A DNA stretch of 64,000 nucleotides from SAR86 cluster bacterium AG-390-O18 (GTDB taxonomy: Bacteria > Pseudomonadota > Gammaproteobacteria > Magnimaribacterales > AG-339-G14), in assembly GCA_003279605.1 (NCBI GenBank), contig QCHF01000002.1, forward strand, positions 64,529 to 128,528. Direction: 5' to 3'. The notes beneath the pieces were generated by a model. The model was not told the origin of the DNA and ran no database searches. It saw only the letters and a list, made by a program, of their open reading frames with translations. Positions 50,030 through 59,345 of this stretch are shown piece by piece. The stretch's first letter is position 1. The number at the start of each line of letters is the position of its first letter. Both the position numbers and the translations under genes were made by a program.

Positions 50030-52119
50030 AAGGCAAATCGCTTCAAAAAAACATCTCAGAAATAAAAGGAGTTGGGCCCAAGATAAAAGAAGAGCTTAAA
50101 AGAATTGGGATTAACTATATCCAAGACGCTCTCTTTTTATTACCTAAAAAATATGAAAATAGAACAAAGTTAACTTCCATAAAAGATTTAACTCCAGGAG
50201 AAGCATTCCAATTTGAGGGTGAAATTCTAGAGAGTAAAACTATATTTCCAGGAAGAAGATCTTTTATGGCAAGAATCTCTGATGGCACGGGATTTTTACA
50301 AATAAGGTTATTTTATTTTTCATTTTCTCAAGCCAAAGCCTTTAAAGTTGGATTGCATGTTAGAGGTTATGGGGTTGTTAGGACTAATGGTTCTTTACTT
50401 CAGGTATTTCATCCAAGTTATAAGATCTTTGCATCATCTAAACGTCCTGCTTTAGATAATACCCTTACGCCAATTTATTCTCTTGGCTCTACAAAACTCT
50501 CTCAATTTAGAACAAGAAATATAATTAAAGAATGTTTAAAAGAAATTGACGAACTTAATCTTAATGAAAAGGAGATTGATTCAATATTTTCACATCAAAA
50601 AATAAGCTCTTTATCTGTTAAAGATGCCTTACTGAAAATTCATAGCCCATCTATAGAAGATGACATTACTAAAATCAATAGTTACAAGCACGAGGCTCAA
50701 GAACGACTAATAGTCGAAGAATTGGCGACAAATTTAATTGGAATCAAAATTGCCTCCGAAAAAATAAATAAGCTCAAAGCAAAGCAGATGCCAATTTCCA
50801 TTGAAGAAGTAAAGTCATTTAAAGAGAATTTACCTTTTAAATTAACTAATGCTCAAGAAAGAACAATCAAAGAAATTTCAGATGATATATCCCTTACCAA
50901 ACCAATGAGGAGATTGGTCCAAGGTGATGTGGGATCAGGAAAAACAGTAGTAGCAGCTGTGAGCATGTACATCTCTGCAAAAAATAAAACACAATCTGTT
51001 TTACTTTGTCCTACAGAGGTTTTAGCAGAACAACATTTCAAAAACTTTTCAGCATGGTTTAAAAATTCAAATATAAAAATTGAATTATTAACTGGGAAAA
51101 TGCCTATTTCGAAGAGAAGAGATATCTATCAAGATTTAGAAGATGGCGTAATTGATATTTTGATTGGCACGCATGCGGTCTTTCAAGATAAAGTGAAAAT
51201 TAAAAATCTAGGTCTTGTTGTAGTTGATGAGCAACAAAGGTTTGGTGTTAAGCAAAGATTTGATTTGGTTAAGAAAAGTTCCGATAAAATAATACCCCAT
51301 CAATTATTCATGACAGCTACGCCCATACCAAGAACTTTAGCGATGACCATTTTTGCCGATCTGGAAACTTCGAAAATTGATGAACTGCCGCCAGGCAGAA
51401 AACCAGTAGAAACTTTGATTTACAGCGATAAGAAAAAAGACGAAATAGTTAAAAGATTAGAAACCGTATGTAAGTCAGGTAATCAAGTTTTTTGGCTCTG
51501 TACTATGATTGAAGAATCAGAAAATCTAGATGTTCAAGCAGCAGATGAAGCAAAAGAATGGATCAAAGAGAATACTAATGATTTAAATATTGGTCTTGTG
51601 CATAGCAAACTTTCAAAAGATCAAAGAGATAAGGCTATAGAGAATTTTAGAAGTGGAAAAACTGATGTGTTGGTCTGTACGACTGTTATTGAAGTAGGTA
51701 TGGATGTTCCTAATGCAAGTTTGATGGTTATTGAAAATGCTGAAAGACTAGGTTTGAGTCAATTACACCAGTTAAGGGGAAGAGTAGGAAGGAAAGCAGA
51801 TTTAGATGCTTATTGCGTTCTAATTTATCACGGAGAGATTGGTGAAATTGCTAAGGCAAGACTCGAAGCGATGAAATCGACCAATGATGGATTTGAAATC
51901 TCAGAAATTGATATGAAGTTAAGAGGTACCGGAGAAATTTTAGGTACCAAACAATCTGGAGGAATAGAACTTAAAATCTCAGATTTATCTAGAGACGCTC
52001 ACTTAATTAAAAAAGCGGAAAAACTAGTAGAAGCCTTAAATCAAAAAGACGAGGAAATATCTAAAATTCTTCTTGATAGGTGGCTAGGCGATAAGCAAAA
52101 TTTGATTATCGCCCAGTAA
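50026..52119 (+). CDS. recG: ATP-dependent DNA helicase RecG
   Basis: MKGKSL..I..IKGVG N-terminus, wedge domain, [26 protein letters not shown] and [11 protein letters not shown]. The GTG start overlaps the ridA stop. Confidence 0.95.
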   Translation: MKGKSLQKNISEIKGVGPKIKEELKRIGINYIQDALFLLPKKYENRTKLTSIKDLTPGEAFQFEGEILESKTIFPGRRSFMARISDGTGFLQIRLFYFSFSQAKAFKVGLHVRGYGVVRTNGSLLQVFHPSYKIFASSKRPALDNTLTPIYSLGSTKLSQFRTRNIIKECLKEIDELNLNEKEIDSIFSHQKISSLSVKDALLKIHSPSIEDDITKINSYKHEAQERLIVEELATNLIGIKIASEKINKLKAKQMPISIEEVKSFKENLPFKLTNAQERTIKEISDDISLTKPMRRLVQGDVGSGKTVVAAVSMYISAKNKTQSVLLCPTEVLAEQHFKNFSAWFKNSNIKIELLTGKMPISKRRDIYQDLEDGVIDILIGTHAVFQDKVKIKNLGLVVVDEQQRFGVKQRFDLVKKSSDKIIPHQLFMTATPIPRTLAMTIFADLETSKIDELPPGRKPVETLIYSDKKKDEIVKRLETVCKSGNQVFWLCTMIEESENLDVQAADEAKEWIKENTNDLNIGLVHSKLSKDQRDKAIENFRSGKTDVLVCTTVIEVGMDVPNASLMVIENAERLGLSQLHQLRGRVGRKADLDAYCVLIYHGEIGEIAKARLEAMKSTNDGFEISEIDMKLRGTGEILGTKQSGGIELKISDLSRDAHLIKKAEKLVEALNQKDEEISKILLDRWLGDKQNLIIAQ

Positions 52120-52125
52120 TAAAAT

Positions 52126-54108
52126 TTATAGCAATGGGGAAATAACTAAACTTACTATTGCCATTACATTAATCAGAATATTCATTGAAGGTCCTGAAGT
52201 ATCTTTGAATGGATCGCCTACAGTATCTCCAACAACAGCTGCAGAATGAGTATCCGTACCCTTCCCTCCAAGGTTTCCTTTTTCAATATATTTTTTAGCG
52301 TTATCCCAAGCTCCACCAGCATTTGCCATCATTAAAGCCATCGCAACACATCCGATTAGTCCACCGCCAAGCATTCCACCCAAAGATTCTGCACCTAAAC
52401 CAAAACCTACTACAGCAGGAGCGCCTACTGCGATAACTCCTGGAATGAGCATTCTTTTCAAAGCTGCTGAAGTCGCAATATCTACACACTTTGCTGTATC
52501 TGGTTCTGCATTTCCCTCAAGCAATCCAGGAATTTCCCTGAACTGTCTTCTGATTTCATTAATCATCTCAAAAGCAGCTTCTCCAACTGCGGTCATTGTG
52601 ATTGAGGAAATTAAGAATGGAATTGAGATACCAATGAACATACCAACTAAAACGCGGGGATCTGAAAGAAGAAGTTCAAACTCTCCCTTATTATGAGCAA
52701 CTGTTTCTACGAACGCTGCAATAATTGCCAAAGCTGCTAGAGCAGCTGCGCCAATTGCAAAACCCTTCCCTATAGCTGCAGTTGAATTTCCAACCTCGTC
52801 TAAGCCATCGGTAATTTCTCTAGTTTCTGGGCCCATACCAGCCATTTCGGCTATACCACCGGCATTATCTGCGACAGGTCCATAGGCATCTATCGCCATG
52901 GTAATACCAACTGTAGCAAGCATTCCTACGGCAGCTATTCCTACTCCGTATAGACCAGTCAAACTTGTAGATATCCAAATTATTGTTGCAAGCACAAGGA
53001 TTGGAAGAACCACAGATTGCATCCCTACAGCTAAGCCAGTAATCATTACAGTTGCAGGACCAGTCTCTCCAGATTTTGCAATCTTTCTAATTGGACTGCT
53101 TCCAGTGTAATACTCAGTAATCAATCCTATGAGGACTCCTCCAACTGCTCCTGTGAGAACGGCAAGCCAAATGTTAACAAATCCTTCTCCAATAAATAAT
53201 TCGATTAAGAAATATGCAGCTACTATAAATAAAATTGCCGATCCTATGGTACCGGTTCTTAAAGCAGCATCAGGAGACATTGAAGAGGATGTTTTAACAA
53301 TTATTATTCCGAGAACTGAGGCTATTAGTCCAATAGAAGCAAGCGCAAGAGGTAAAAGCATCATTCCAGAATCATCTAGTGTAGATGCAATAGCAATTGA
53401 AGCAATCATCGCTCCGCAATAAGATTCAAAAATATCAGAACCCATTCCTGCAACATCGCCGACATTATCTCCAACGTTGTCAGCAATTACACCAGGATTT
53501 CTTGGATCGTCTTCAGGAATTCCAGCCTCGACCTTACCTACTAAGTCAGCACCAACATCCGCACTTTTGGTATAAATTCCACCGCCTACTCTTGAGAATA
53601 ATGCTACACAAGATGCTCCCATTCCAAATCCTTCTATAGCTCTAGCAGTTGCTGGATCTCCTCCGAAATAGAAATACAACCCTCCTAAACCTACAAGCCC
53701 TAAAGAAGCTACACATAAACCCATAATCGATCCACCATAAAAGGCAATTGAAAGAGCTACTTTTGAGCCTTTCTCAGCTGCTGCGGTGGCTGTTCTTGAA
53801 TTAGCTTTAGTGGCAGAAAACATACCAAGCCAACCCGCCAAAGAGGAAGAAAGAGCTCCTGCTGTAACTGCGAGCGCGGTATTAAACCCAAGGGCAAAAT
53901 AAGATAAAGCAATTAAAACTAAAACAAAGAAAAATAAGTATGTATATTCTCGGCGCATAAAAACCATTGCACCTAAATGTATTTGGTCAGCAATTTTTTT
54001 TACTTTTTCAGAACCTTCGTCATAACTGACAACAATAAAATAAATAACTAATGCAATTAACAAGCCGAAAAGGCCGAAAATTGGCGGCATAGAAATATAA
54101 GTTTCCAT
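52126..54108 (-). CDS. hppA: Membrane-integral ion-translocating pyrophosphatase (K+-dependent type; Na+-pump-like gate)
   Basis: [55 protein letters not shown] and [14 protein letters not shown], with about 16 TM segments. Confidence 0.92.
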   Translation of the reverse strand: METYISMPPIFGLFGLLIALVIYFIVVSYDEGSEKVKKIADQIHLGAMVFMRREYTYLFFFVLVLIALSYFALGFNTALAVTAGALSSSLAGWLGMFSATKANSRTATAAAEKGSKVALSIAFYGGSIMGLCVASLGLVGLGGLYFYFGGDPATARAIEGFGMGASCVALFSRVGGGIYTKSADVGADLVGKVEAGIPEDDPRNPGVIADNVGDNVGDVAGMGSDIFESYCGAMIASIAIASTLDDSGMMLLPLALASIGLIASVLGIIIVKTSSSMSPDAALRTGTIGSAILFIVAAYFLIELFIGEGFVNIWLAVLTGAVGGVLIGLITEYYTGSSPIRKIAKSGETGPATVMITGLAVGMQSVVLPILVLATIIWISTSLTGLYGVGIAAVGMLATVGITMAIDAYGPVADNAGGIAEMAGMGPETREITDGLDEVGNSTAAIGKGFAIGAAALAALAIIAAFVETVAHNKGEFELLLSDPRVLVGMFIGISIPFLISSITMTAVGEAAFEMINEIRRQFREIPGLLEGNAEPDTAKCVDIATSAALKRMLIPGVIAVGAPAVVGFGLGAESLGGMLGGGLIGCVAMALMMANAGGAWDNAKKYIEKGNLGGKGTDTHSAAVVGDTVGDPFKDTSGPSMNILINVMAIVSLVISPLL

Positions 54109-54161
54109 AAGTGACTCTCCCGAGAATAAAAACGCTAATTTACCAGATTAGTACCTATTTT

Positions 54162-55397
54162 TTAACTAATAAAATCTTTTCTTGAGAGCTGGTTTTCTGA
54201 ATTTGCAACTATGCAAGAGATAGTCGCATCTCCTGATACGTTTACCGCTGTTCTTAACATATCTAATAATCTATCAACACCAATAATTAAAGCGATCCCT
54301 TCAACCGGCAGCCCTACTTGCTGAAGAACCATGGCCAACATAATAAGTCCTACCCCAGGAACTCCGGCAGTTCCGATTGAGGCTAAAGTTGCTGTGATAA
54401 TGACCATTAAATATTCCATCATACTTAAATCAACTTGATAAACCTGAGCAATAAATACCGTTGCTACACCTTGCATAATTGCAGTGCCATCCATGTTTAT
54501 GGTTGTTCCTAAAGGAATACAAAAAGAACTTACAGATTTATCAACACCTAGCTTTTCTTCTACAGTTTTCAAAGTTACGGGCATAGTTGCGCTGCTTGAA
54601 GATGTACTGAAAGCAAAAATGATAGCTTCTCTCATTTTTGTGAAGAAAATTAAAGGATTAATTTTTGCTAACGAAGTTAGCAACAAACTATATGTAAATA
54701 CAGCGTGAAATACTAAGACTCCAACAACAATTAGAAAATAATTAATCAAGGTGAAGATAATTGATATTCCTAAAGACGAGAAAGTTGAAAATATCAAACA
54801 AAATACTCCGACTGGAGAAAGCCAAATTACAAAATTAACAATGTTTAAGATGATCTCATTTAAATCTATGAAAAACGATTTTACTTTTGAAGTCTCGTTT
54901 GAAATTTTGTTTACACCATACCCAAATAACATAGCAAATATGATGATCTGAATCATATTACCCGCTGCCATGGCTTCAATTGGATTGCTGGGAAATAAAT
55001 TTATAAATGTATCTTTTAGAGATGGAATAGCATCTTGCTCAAAAGACGAATTACTTACCATGCTGACCCCATTTGCCATTTCAAAGAAAGAACTCACGAA
55101 TAAAGCGCTAATAATTGCCAACGTAGTAGTGAATAAATAAAGTGCTATTGCTTTAGAGCTAATAGACAGAAGTTGTCTATCAGAAGTTAGGTTAGAAACT
55201 CCCACAACCAAAGACACAAATACTAAAGGAACGACTAGTAATTTAAGAAGAGAAAGAAAGATACTTCCTAGAGCATCAATAAATTCTGAAAAGAAATTTA
55301 AAAAACTTGGTAAATTTTCCTCAAAGACAGAGTTAGAGATACTTCCTAAAATTATTCCGAGAAGCATCCCAAGAAGGATTTTTGCAGTTAAAGACAT
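54162..55397 (-). CDS. Dicarboxylate/amino acid:cation symporter (DAACS/GltP family)
   Basis: SSSATMPVT and NMDGTA reentrant-loop motifs, and the C-terminal VNVSGD. Confidence 0.85.
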   Translation of the reverse strand: MSLTAKILLGMLLGIILGSISNSVFEENLPSFLNFFSEFIDALGSIFLSLLKLLVVPLVFVSLVVGVSNLTSDRQLLSISSKAIALYLFTTTLAIISALFVSSFFEMANGVSMVSNSSFEQDAIPSLKDTFINLFPSNPIEAMAAGNMIQIIIFAMLFGYGVNKISNETSKVKSFFIDLNEIILNIVNFVIWLSPVGVFCLIFSTFSSLGISIIFTLINYFLIVVGVLVFHAVFTYSLLLTSLAKINPLIFFTKMREAIIFAFSTSSSSATMPVTLKTVEEKLGVDKSVSSFCIPLGTTINMDGTAIMQGVATVFIAQVYQVDLSMMEYLMVIITATLASIGTAGVPGVGLIMLAMVLQQVGLPVEGIALIIGVDRLLDMLRTAVNVSGDATISCIVANSENQLSRKDFIS

Positions 55398-55403
55398 TTG
55401 AGA

Positions 55404-55595
55404 TTAGTAGCTTTTTCCGCCCTCCAAGGGAACCATCTCAAAATCTTCTTTTCCAACTCCGCAGTCAGGACAAACCCAGTCAAATGGAACGTCTTCCCAT
55501 CTTGTTCCAGGTTCAATGCCGTCTTCAGGCCAACCTTCTGCTTCATCGTAAATCAATCCGCAAACAATGCATTCCCACTTAATGTATTCTTCCAT
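55404..55595 (-). CDS. Rubredoxin
   Basis: Two CxxCG knuckles, CIVCG and CPDCG, with [11 protein letters not shown] between them. 63 aa. Confidence 0.9.
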   Translation of the reverse strand: MEEYIKWECIVCGLIYDEAEGWPEDGIEPGTRWEDVPFDWVCPDCGVGKEDFEMVPLEGGKSY

Positions 55596-55638
55596 ATCTA
55601 AATAAGTTTAATATCTTTATGAGAGTTGGATTATATTC

Positions 55639-56490
55639 ATGTTGGGCATTTTAAAAAACTATTTTTTCCTTCTAAGACTAGATAAACCCATTGGCGTATA
55701 TCTTCTTTTATGGCCCTCTTTATCCGCAGTTTGGCTTGCCTCCGAAGGAAACCCAGAACTTTTAATAATAGTAATTTTTTGTCTTGGCAGCTTTTTTATG
55801 AGATCCGCAGGAGTAATCATTAACGATTACTTTGATCAAGACATCGATAGAAAAGTATTAAGAACATTTAATAGGCCTATAGCTAATAATTCTGTCTCAA
55901 ATAAAGAGGCTATTTCTTTGTTTGCAGTTTTGATGATTTTCTCTTCATTTTTGCTTCTTTTTTTAAATCTTAAAAGTTTTTATATAGCTTTATTCTGCAT
56001 TCTGTTAATTTCTACCTATCCTCTGATGAAACGGTTTTTCCCTATTCCTCAACTTTATTTGGGAATTTCTTATTCCATGGGAATATTTATGGCCTATGCA
56101 TTCTATAAAGGAGCATTTCCTTTAAATTGTTGGTTGTTATTTTTCGGAAACATTTTTTGGGTGCTTGCCTATGACACGGTATATGCATTGTCAGACAGAC
56201 AAGATGATTTGTTTATCAATGTAAAAAGCTCTGCAGTTTTTTTTCAAGGTAAAGAAAAGTTAATTTTATGGGTTAGTTATTTTTTACTTATAACTTTTCT
56301 TCTTTTAATAGGAATTATTGATTCCTTTTCTTTATTATATTTTTTTTCAGTATCAGTAAATACTATATTGATCTTTTTTTTAATGATCTCTACTAATTTT
56401 GATAAGCCCTCAGATTGTTCAAAGTTTTTTAGAAAAAACCATTGGCTAGGTTTAGGAATATTTTTAAGCTTTGTTACTGCTTTTATATAA
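55639..56490 (+). CDS. ubiA: 4-hydroxybenzoate polyprenyltransferase UbiA
   Basis: LRLDKPIG, the first Asp-rich motif NDYFDQDIDRKV and the second DTVYALSDRQDD. Confidence 0.9.
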   Translation: MLGILKNYFFLLRLDKPIGVYLLLWPSLSAVWLASEGNPELLIIVIFCLGSFFMRSAGVIINDYFDQDIDRKVLRTFNRPIANNSVSNKEAISLFAVLMIFSSFLLLFLNLKSFYIALFCILLISTYPLMKRFFPIPQLYLGISYSMGIFMAYAFYKGAFPLNCWLLFFGNIFWVLAYDTVYALSDRQDDLFINVKSSAVFFQGKEKLILWVSYFLLITFLLLIGIIDSFSLLYFFSVSVNTILIFFLMISTNFDKPSDCSKFFRKNHWLGLGIFLSFVTAFI

Positions 56491-57639
56491 ATGAAAGAAA
56501 TTAAATTTAATAATTCAATAAGCTCAATCAATAAAGAAAACTGGAACAAACTAATTCCGGCTAATGACTACCCTTTTTTGAAATATGAATTTCTTGAGTT
56601 ACTTGAAAAAACTAATTGTGTAGGACAAAACACTGGCTGGCATCCTGCACATATTTCTATAGAAGAGAATTCAGAGATTTTGGGGGCAATGCCTCTCTAC
56701 ATTAAAACTGATTCTTCTGGAGAGTTTGTATTTGATTACTCCTGGGCAAACGCTTTTTATCAACATGGTTTAGATTATTACCCTAAATTGGTCTCCTCTA
56801 TACCTTTTACCCCTGCTACAGGTCCAAGAATTCTTCATCAAAACAAAGAGTCTGCCGATAAGATTTTTTCTCTAATTCTTTCTGGGGTAAAAAAACTTAG
56901 CGAAGAAAATAATTTATCTTCCTGGCATGTCTTATTTCCAGAAGAAAAGGATATAGGAGTCTTTTCTGAGAAATCTCTAAGTGTAAGGAAAAATGCTCAG
57001 TTCATTTGGTTCAATGAAAATTTTAATACATTTGATGACTTTGTTGATACTTTCAGGTCGAGACATCGAAAAAACGTAAAAAAAGAAAGAGAAAAAGTTT
57101 TAAATCAAGGTATAAATATACAAACTTACTCTGGAACTGATTTGAATCAGAATTTGATGATGCAGTTTTATGAATTCTACTTATCTACAAATTTAAAACG
57201 CAGTGGCAATTTTGGATATCTAACAAAAGAATTTTTTGAGAGATGTCTAGAAACGATAAATGAAAATATCGTTCTCGTGCTTGCAAAAGACACAAGCAAT
57301 GATGCCTTGGTTGGAGGATCTATGTTTTTTAAAGATAGGGAAAATTTATACGGACGTTATTGGGGCTGCTCAGTTGAGTATGATTGTCTGCATTTTGAAT
57401 GCTGTTATTACCAAGGAATAGAGTTTGCAATTAAAAATAAACTCAAGAAGTTTGACCCTGGGGTTCAAGGAGAACATAAAATTAAAAGAGGTTTTAGGCC
57501 TACAATAACTTATTCTGCACATTGGATTTCTGAACCAAACTTTAAAGATGCAATAGAAAATTTTGTTAATAATGAGGAACAACATATAAACGCTTATGTC
57601 AAAGCTACAAGCAAATATCTCCCTTTTAAAAATATTTAA
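56491..57639 (+). CDS. GNAT-related acyltransferase of the DUF482/FemAB-like family
   Basis: About 380 aa. I recall the pattern FL.YEFL..LE......GW.P.H and GRYWG...........CYYQGIEFAI...L..FDPG.QGEHK..RGF.P as the PF04339-type family. This is memory-based. Confidence 0.55.
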   Translation: MKEIKFNNSISSINKENWNKLIPANDYPFLKYEFLELLEKTNCVGQNTGWHPAHISIEENSEILGAMPLYIKTDSSGEFVFDYSWANAFYQHGLDYYPKLVSSIPFTPATGPRILHQNKESADKIFSLILSGVKKLSEENNLSSWHVLFPEEKDIGVFSEKSLSVRKNAQFIWFNENFNTFDDFVDTFRSRHRKNVKKEREKVLNQGINIQTYSGTDLNQNLMMQFYEFYLSTNLKRSGNFGYLTKEFFERCLETINENIVLVLAKDTSNDALVGGSMFFKDRENLYGRYWGCSVEYDCLHFECCYYQGIEFAIKNKLKKFDPGVQGEHKIKRGFRPTITYSAHWISEPNFKDAIENFVNNEEQHINAYVKATSKYLPFKNI

Positions 57640-58234
57640 AGATCATAAATCAAAAAAAAAGATTTTCTATCTAGCTAAAAAAGATAAAGATTTGATTGAT
57701 TTATTTATAAATTTTTCTAATTTTGAAGAGTACAAAAAGGATAAAGGCTTTAAAGGAATTCTGCAATTGATTATTGAGCAACAGCTCTCCGTAGCATCAG
57801 CAAATGCAATATATAAAAAGCTTAAGGCAAAAATGATAAATATTTCTCCAGAATCTTTTTTAAAAATAAAAGAATCAGATTTAAAAAAGTGCGGTTTAAG
57901 TAAACAAAAAATTAATTACTTAACTGGTTTAGCAAAAAAATGTGAAAACAAGGAAATTAATTTTAGGAAAATTCATAAAATGGATGATAAAAACCTAGTG
58001 AAGGAAATTACCAAAATTAAAGGTATTGGTCCGTGGACAGCTCAATGTTATATGCTTGCTTCATTAAAAAGAGATGATGTCTGGCCTGTAGCAGATTTAG
58101 GTTTAATGGAAGCAGTGAAACGAATAAAAAGACTTAAAAAGAGGCCTTCAGAAGAAGATATGGAAAAAATATCTCAGATTTGGAGGCCTTATAGAAGTAC
58201 TGTAGCTAATGTGCTATGGGCATCTTATGACTGA
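57596..58234 (+). CDS. DNA-3-methyladenine glycosylase II-like HhH-GPD protein (short AlkA type)
   Basis: IIEQQLSVASANAI, the helix-hairpin-helix GIGPWTAQCYML and the catalytic-Asp region VWPVADLGL. The start overlaps the upstream gene by 44 nt. Confidence 0.75.
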   Translation: MSKLQANISLLKIFKDHKSKKKIFYLAKKDKDLIDLFINFSNFEEYKKDKGFKGILQLIIEQQLSVASANAIYKKLKAKMINISPESFLKIKESDLKKCGLSKQKINYLTGLAKKCENKEINFRKIHKMDDKNLVKEITKIKGIGPWTAQCYMLASLKRDDVWPVADLGLMEAVKRIKRLKKRPSEEDMEKISQIWRPYRSTVANVLWASYD

Positions 58235-58270
58235 TTTTTAAAATGAATAAAATCTATATAGACTAAATAT

Positions 58271-58711
58271 ATGTTCAAAACCTATCGAAATTTAAAAAGC
58301 TTACACAGCCTTTATGAGCAGAATTTCATTTTAATAAATAAACTCTCGGGAGAACTTAATAAGCATAATAAGTTTTCTTTTCAAGTTGGAAATCTTGAAA
58401 TCAGAAGTCAGGTAAGTATTTCAAAAAAGAAGTTATCAAAATTTACTGAAGAATTAGAATTCCTGATTAATGATGTTACTGACATCAAAGATATTGTAAT
58501 CAAATGCAGAACTTATAATGAAGCTAAAATGATGGAGGTAATTGAATTCCAAAATTTTCATAAAGATTTATTGTCTAGTTTTAAATTAAAAAAAATAAAT
58601 TTTAAAAAAGACGAACGCCTTCAATGGAATCTTTTTATGAATCAATTTTTGAATTATTCTATTCTTCATGGAAGAGCAATTGAAAATTATTTACCTTCAT
58701 GGGTTCAATAG
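58271..58711 (+). CDS. DUF1249 (YqiB-like) protein
   Basis: About 146 aa and directly upstream of a YqiA-like esterase, as in the enteric yqiB-cpdA-yqiA cluster. The N-terminal LY..NF..L pattern is present. The call rests mostly on context. Confidence 0.45.
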   Translation: MFKTYRNLKSLHSLYEQNFILINKLSGELNKHNKFSFQVGNLEIRSQVSISKKKLSKFTEELEFLINDVTDIKDIVIKCRTYNEAKMMEVIEFQNFHKDLLSSFKLKKINFKKDERLQWNLFMNQFLNYSILHGRAIENYLPSWVQ

Positions 58712-59243
58712 TTCATCAGAGTCAAAAAAATCAAAAATTTTGGATTCCTATTTAGAAGGAGAAAAACTAATCAATTTAGAATCTCCTAACTTAAATACTT
58801 CTCCTAAAAAAGCAATCTCTCAAATAGAAAAAATAATTAAAGAAAGTTCAAATAGGGTTTGCGTAATAGGAAGTTCTCTCGGAGGTCTTTATGCTACCTT
58901 TTTGGCAGATAAGTATGACCTTAAATCAGTGACAGTAAATCCAGTAGTTAGAAATCATATCTCTGGAATGAAAGACCTAGTAGGCACTCATAAAAACTTT
59001 CATACCGATAAAGAATATAAATTCACAATAAATGACTTCTTGGATTTACAAAAATTAGGGCTAAAAGAACTAAAGAAACCTTTAAATCACTTCTGTCTTA
59101 TAAAAATGTCAGATGAAGTTTTGGATCACAATGCAACATTCGCATATTTTTCTAAATCTTATGTTCTAAGTGAAAAAGGAGGAAATCATAGTTATGATGA
59201 CTTTTTTGAAAAAATCCCTTTGATTCTAGACTATATGTACTAA
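58668..59243 (+). CDS. yqiA: YqiA-like alpha/beta hydrolase (UPF0227 esterase)
   Basis: IIYLHGFNSS at the N-terminus, the nucleophile elbow GSSLGG and a late GGNH. The start could instead be the TTG at 58680. Confidence 0.75.
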   Translation: MEEQLKIIYLHGFNSSSESKKSKILDSYLEGEKLINLESPNLNTSPKKAISQIEKIIKESSNRVCVIGSSLGGLYATFLADKYDLKSVTVNPVVRNHISGMKDLVGTHKNFHTDKEYKFTINDFLDLQKLGLKELKKPLNHFCLIKMSDEVLDHNATFAYFSKSYVLSEKGGNHSYDDFFEKIPLILDYMY

Positions 59244-59296
59244 AATAGTGCAAATTAAGCACTAAATAAAGACTAAAAATGCACTATTTTATAGCA
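59241..59296. promoter_or_regulatory. Candidate operator cluster upstream of the glutamine synthetase gene (TGCACTA-type half-sites)
   Basis: A perfect 12-bp inverted repeat TAAAATAGTGCA (59241-59252) / TGCACTATTTTA (59280-59291), with an internal AGCACTA (59258-59264). The 17-mer TGCACTATTTTATAGCA (59280-59296) matches 11 of the 14 specified positions of the NtrC consensus TGCACCAnnnTGGTGCA. Confidence 0.3.
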
Positions 59297-59345
59297 ATTA
59301 CTTTGTTAATATTTTCTCCTAATTTTTATTTACACGGAGAATATA

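Noticed and set aside
52301-53639. A cluster of 60-100-aa ORFs on both strands inside hppA. Similar shadow ORFs lie inside trpE/trpG (26402-26788), purH (22449-22784), the receptor (844-1200) and elsewhere.
   Set aside because: They all lie within well-supported genes. Their translations are low-complexity and motif-free. They are concentrated where the local G+C is higher, which lowers stop-codon frequency.
57596-57639. Two same-strand gene overlaps of exactly 44 nt (57596-57639 and 58668-58711).
   Set aside because: The two overlap sequences are unrelated, so this is not a repeat. The equal length appears coincidental. The second overlap shrinks to 32 nt if the TTG at 58680 is the true yqiA start.
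57652-57660. Homopolymeric A8-A9 runs inside coding regions (the alkA-like gene, ntrB, the S51 peptidase gene and gpmA) as possible phase-variation tracts.
   Set aside because: Lys-rich proteins in an extremely AT-rich genome produce such runs routinely. All the frames are intact, and none is in a surface or contingency-type gene.
59297-59345. A search for a sigma-54 (-24 GG / -12 GC) promoter upstream of glnII.
   Set aside because: There is no TGGCAC or GG-N10-GC element on the coding strand in this interval. The negative result is used only as supporting context for the NtrC finding.
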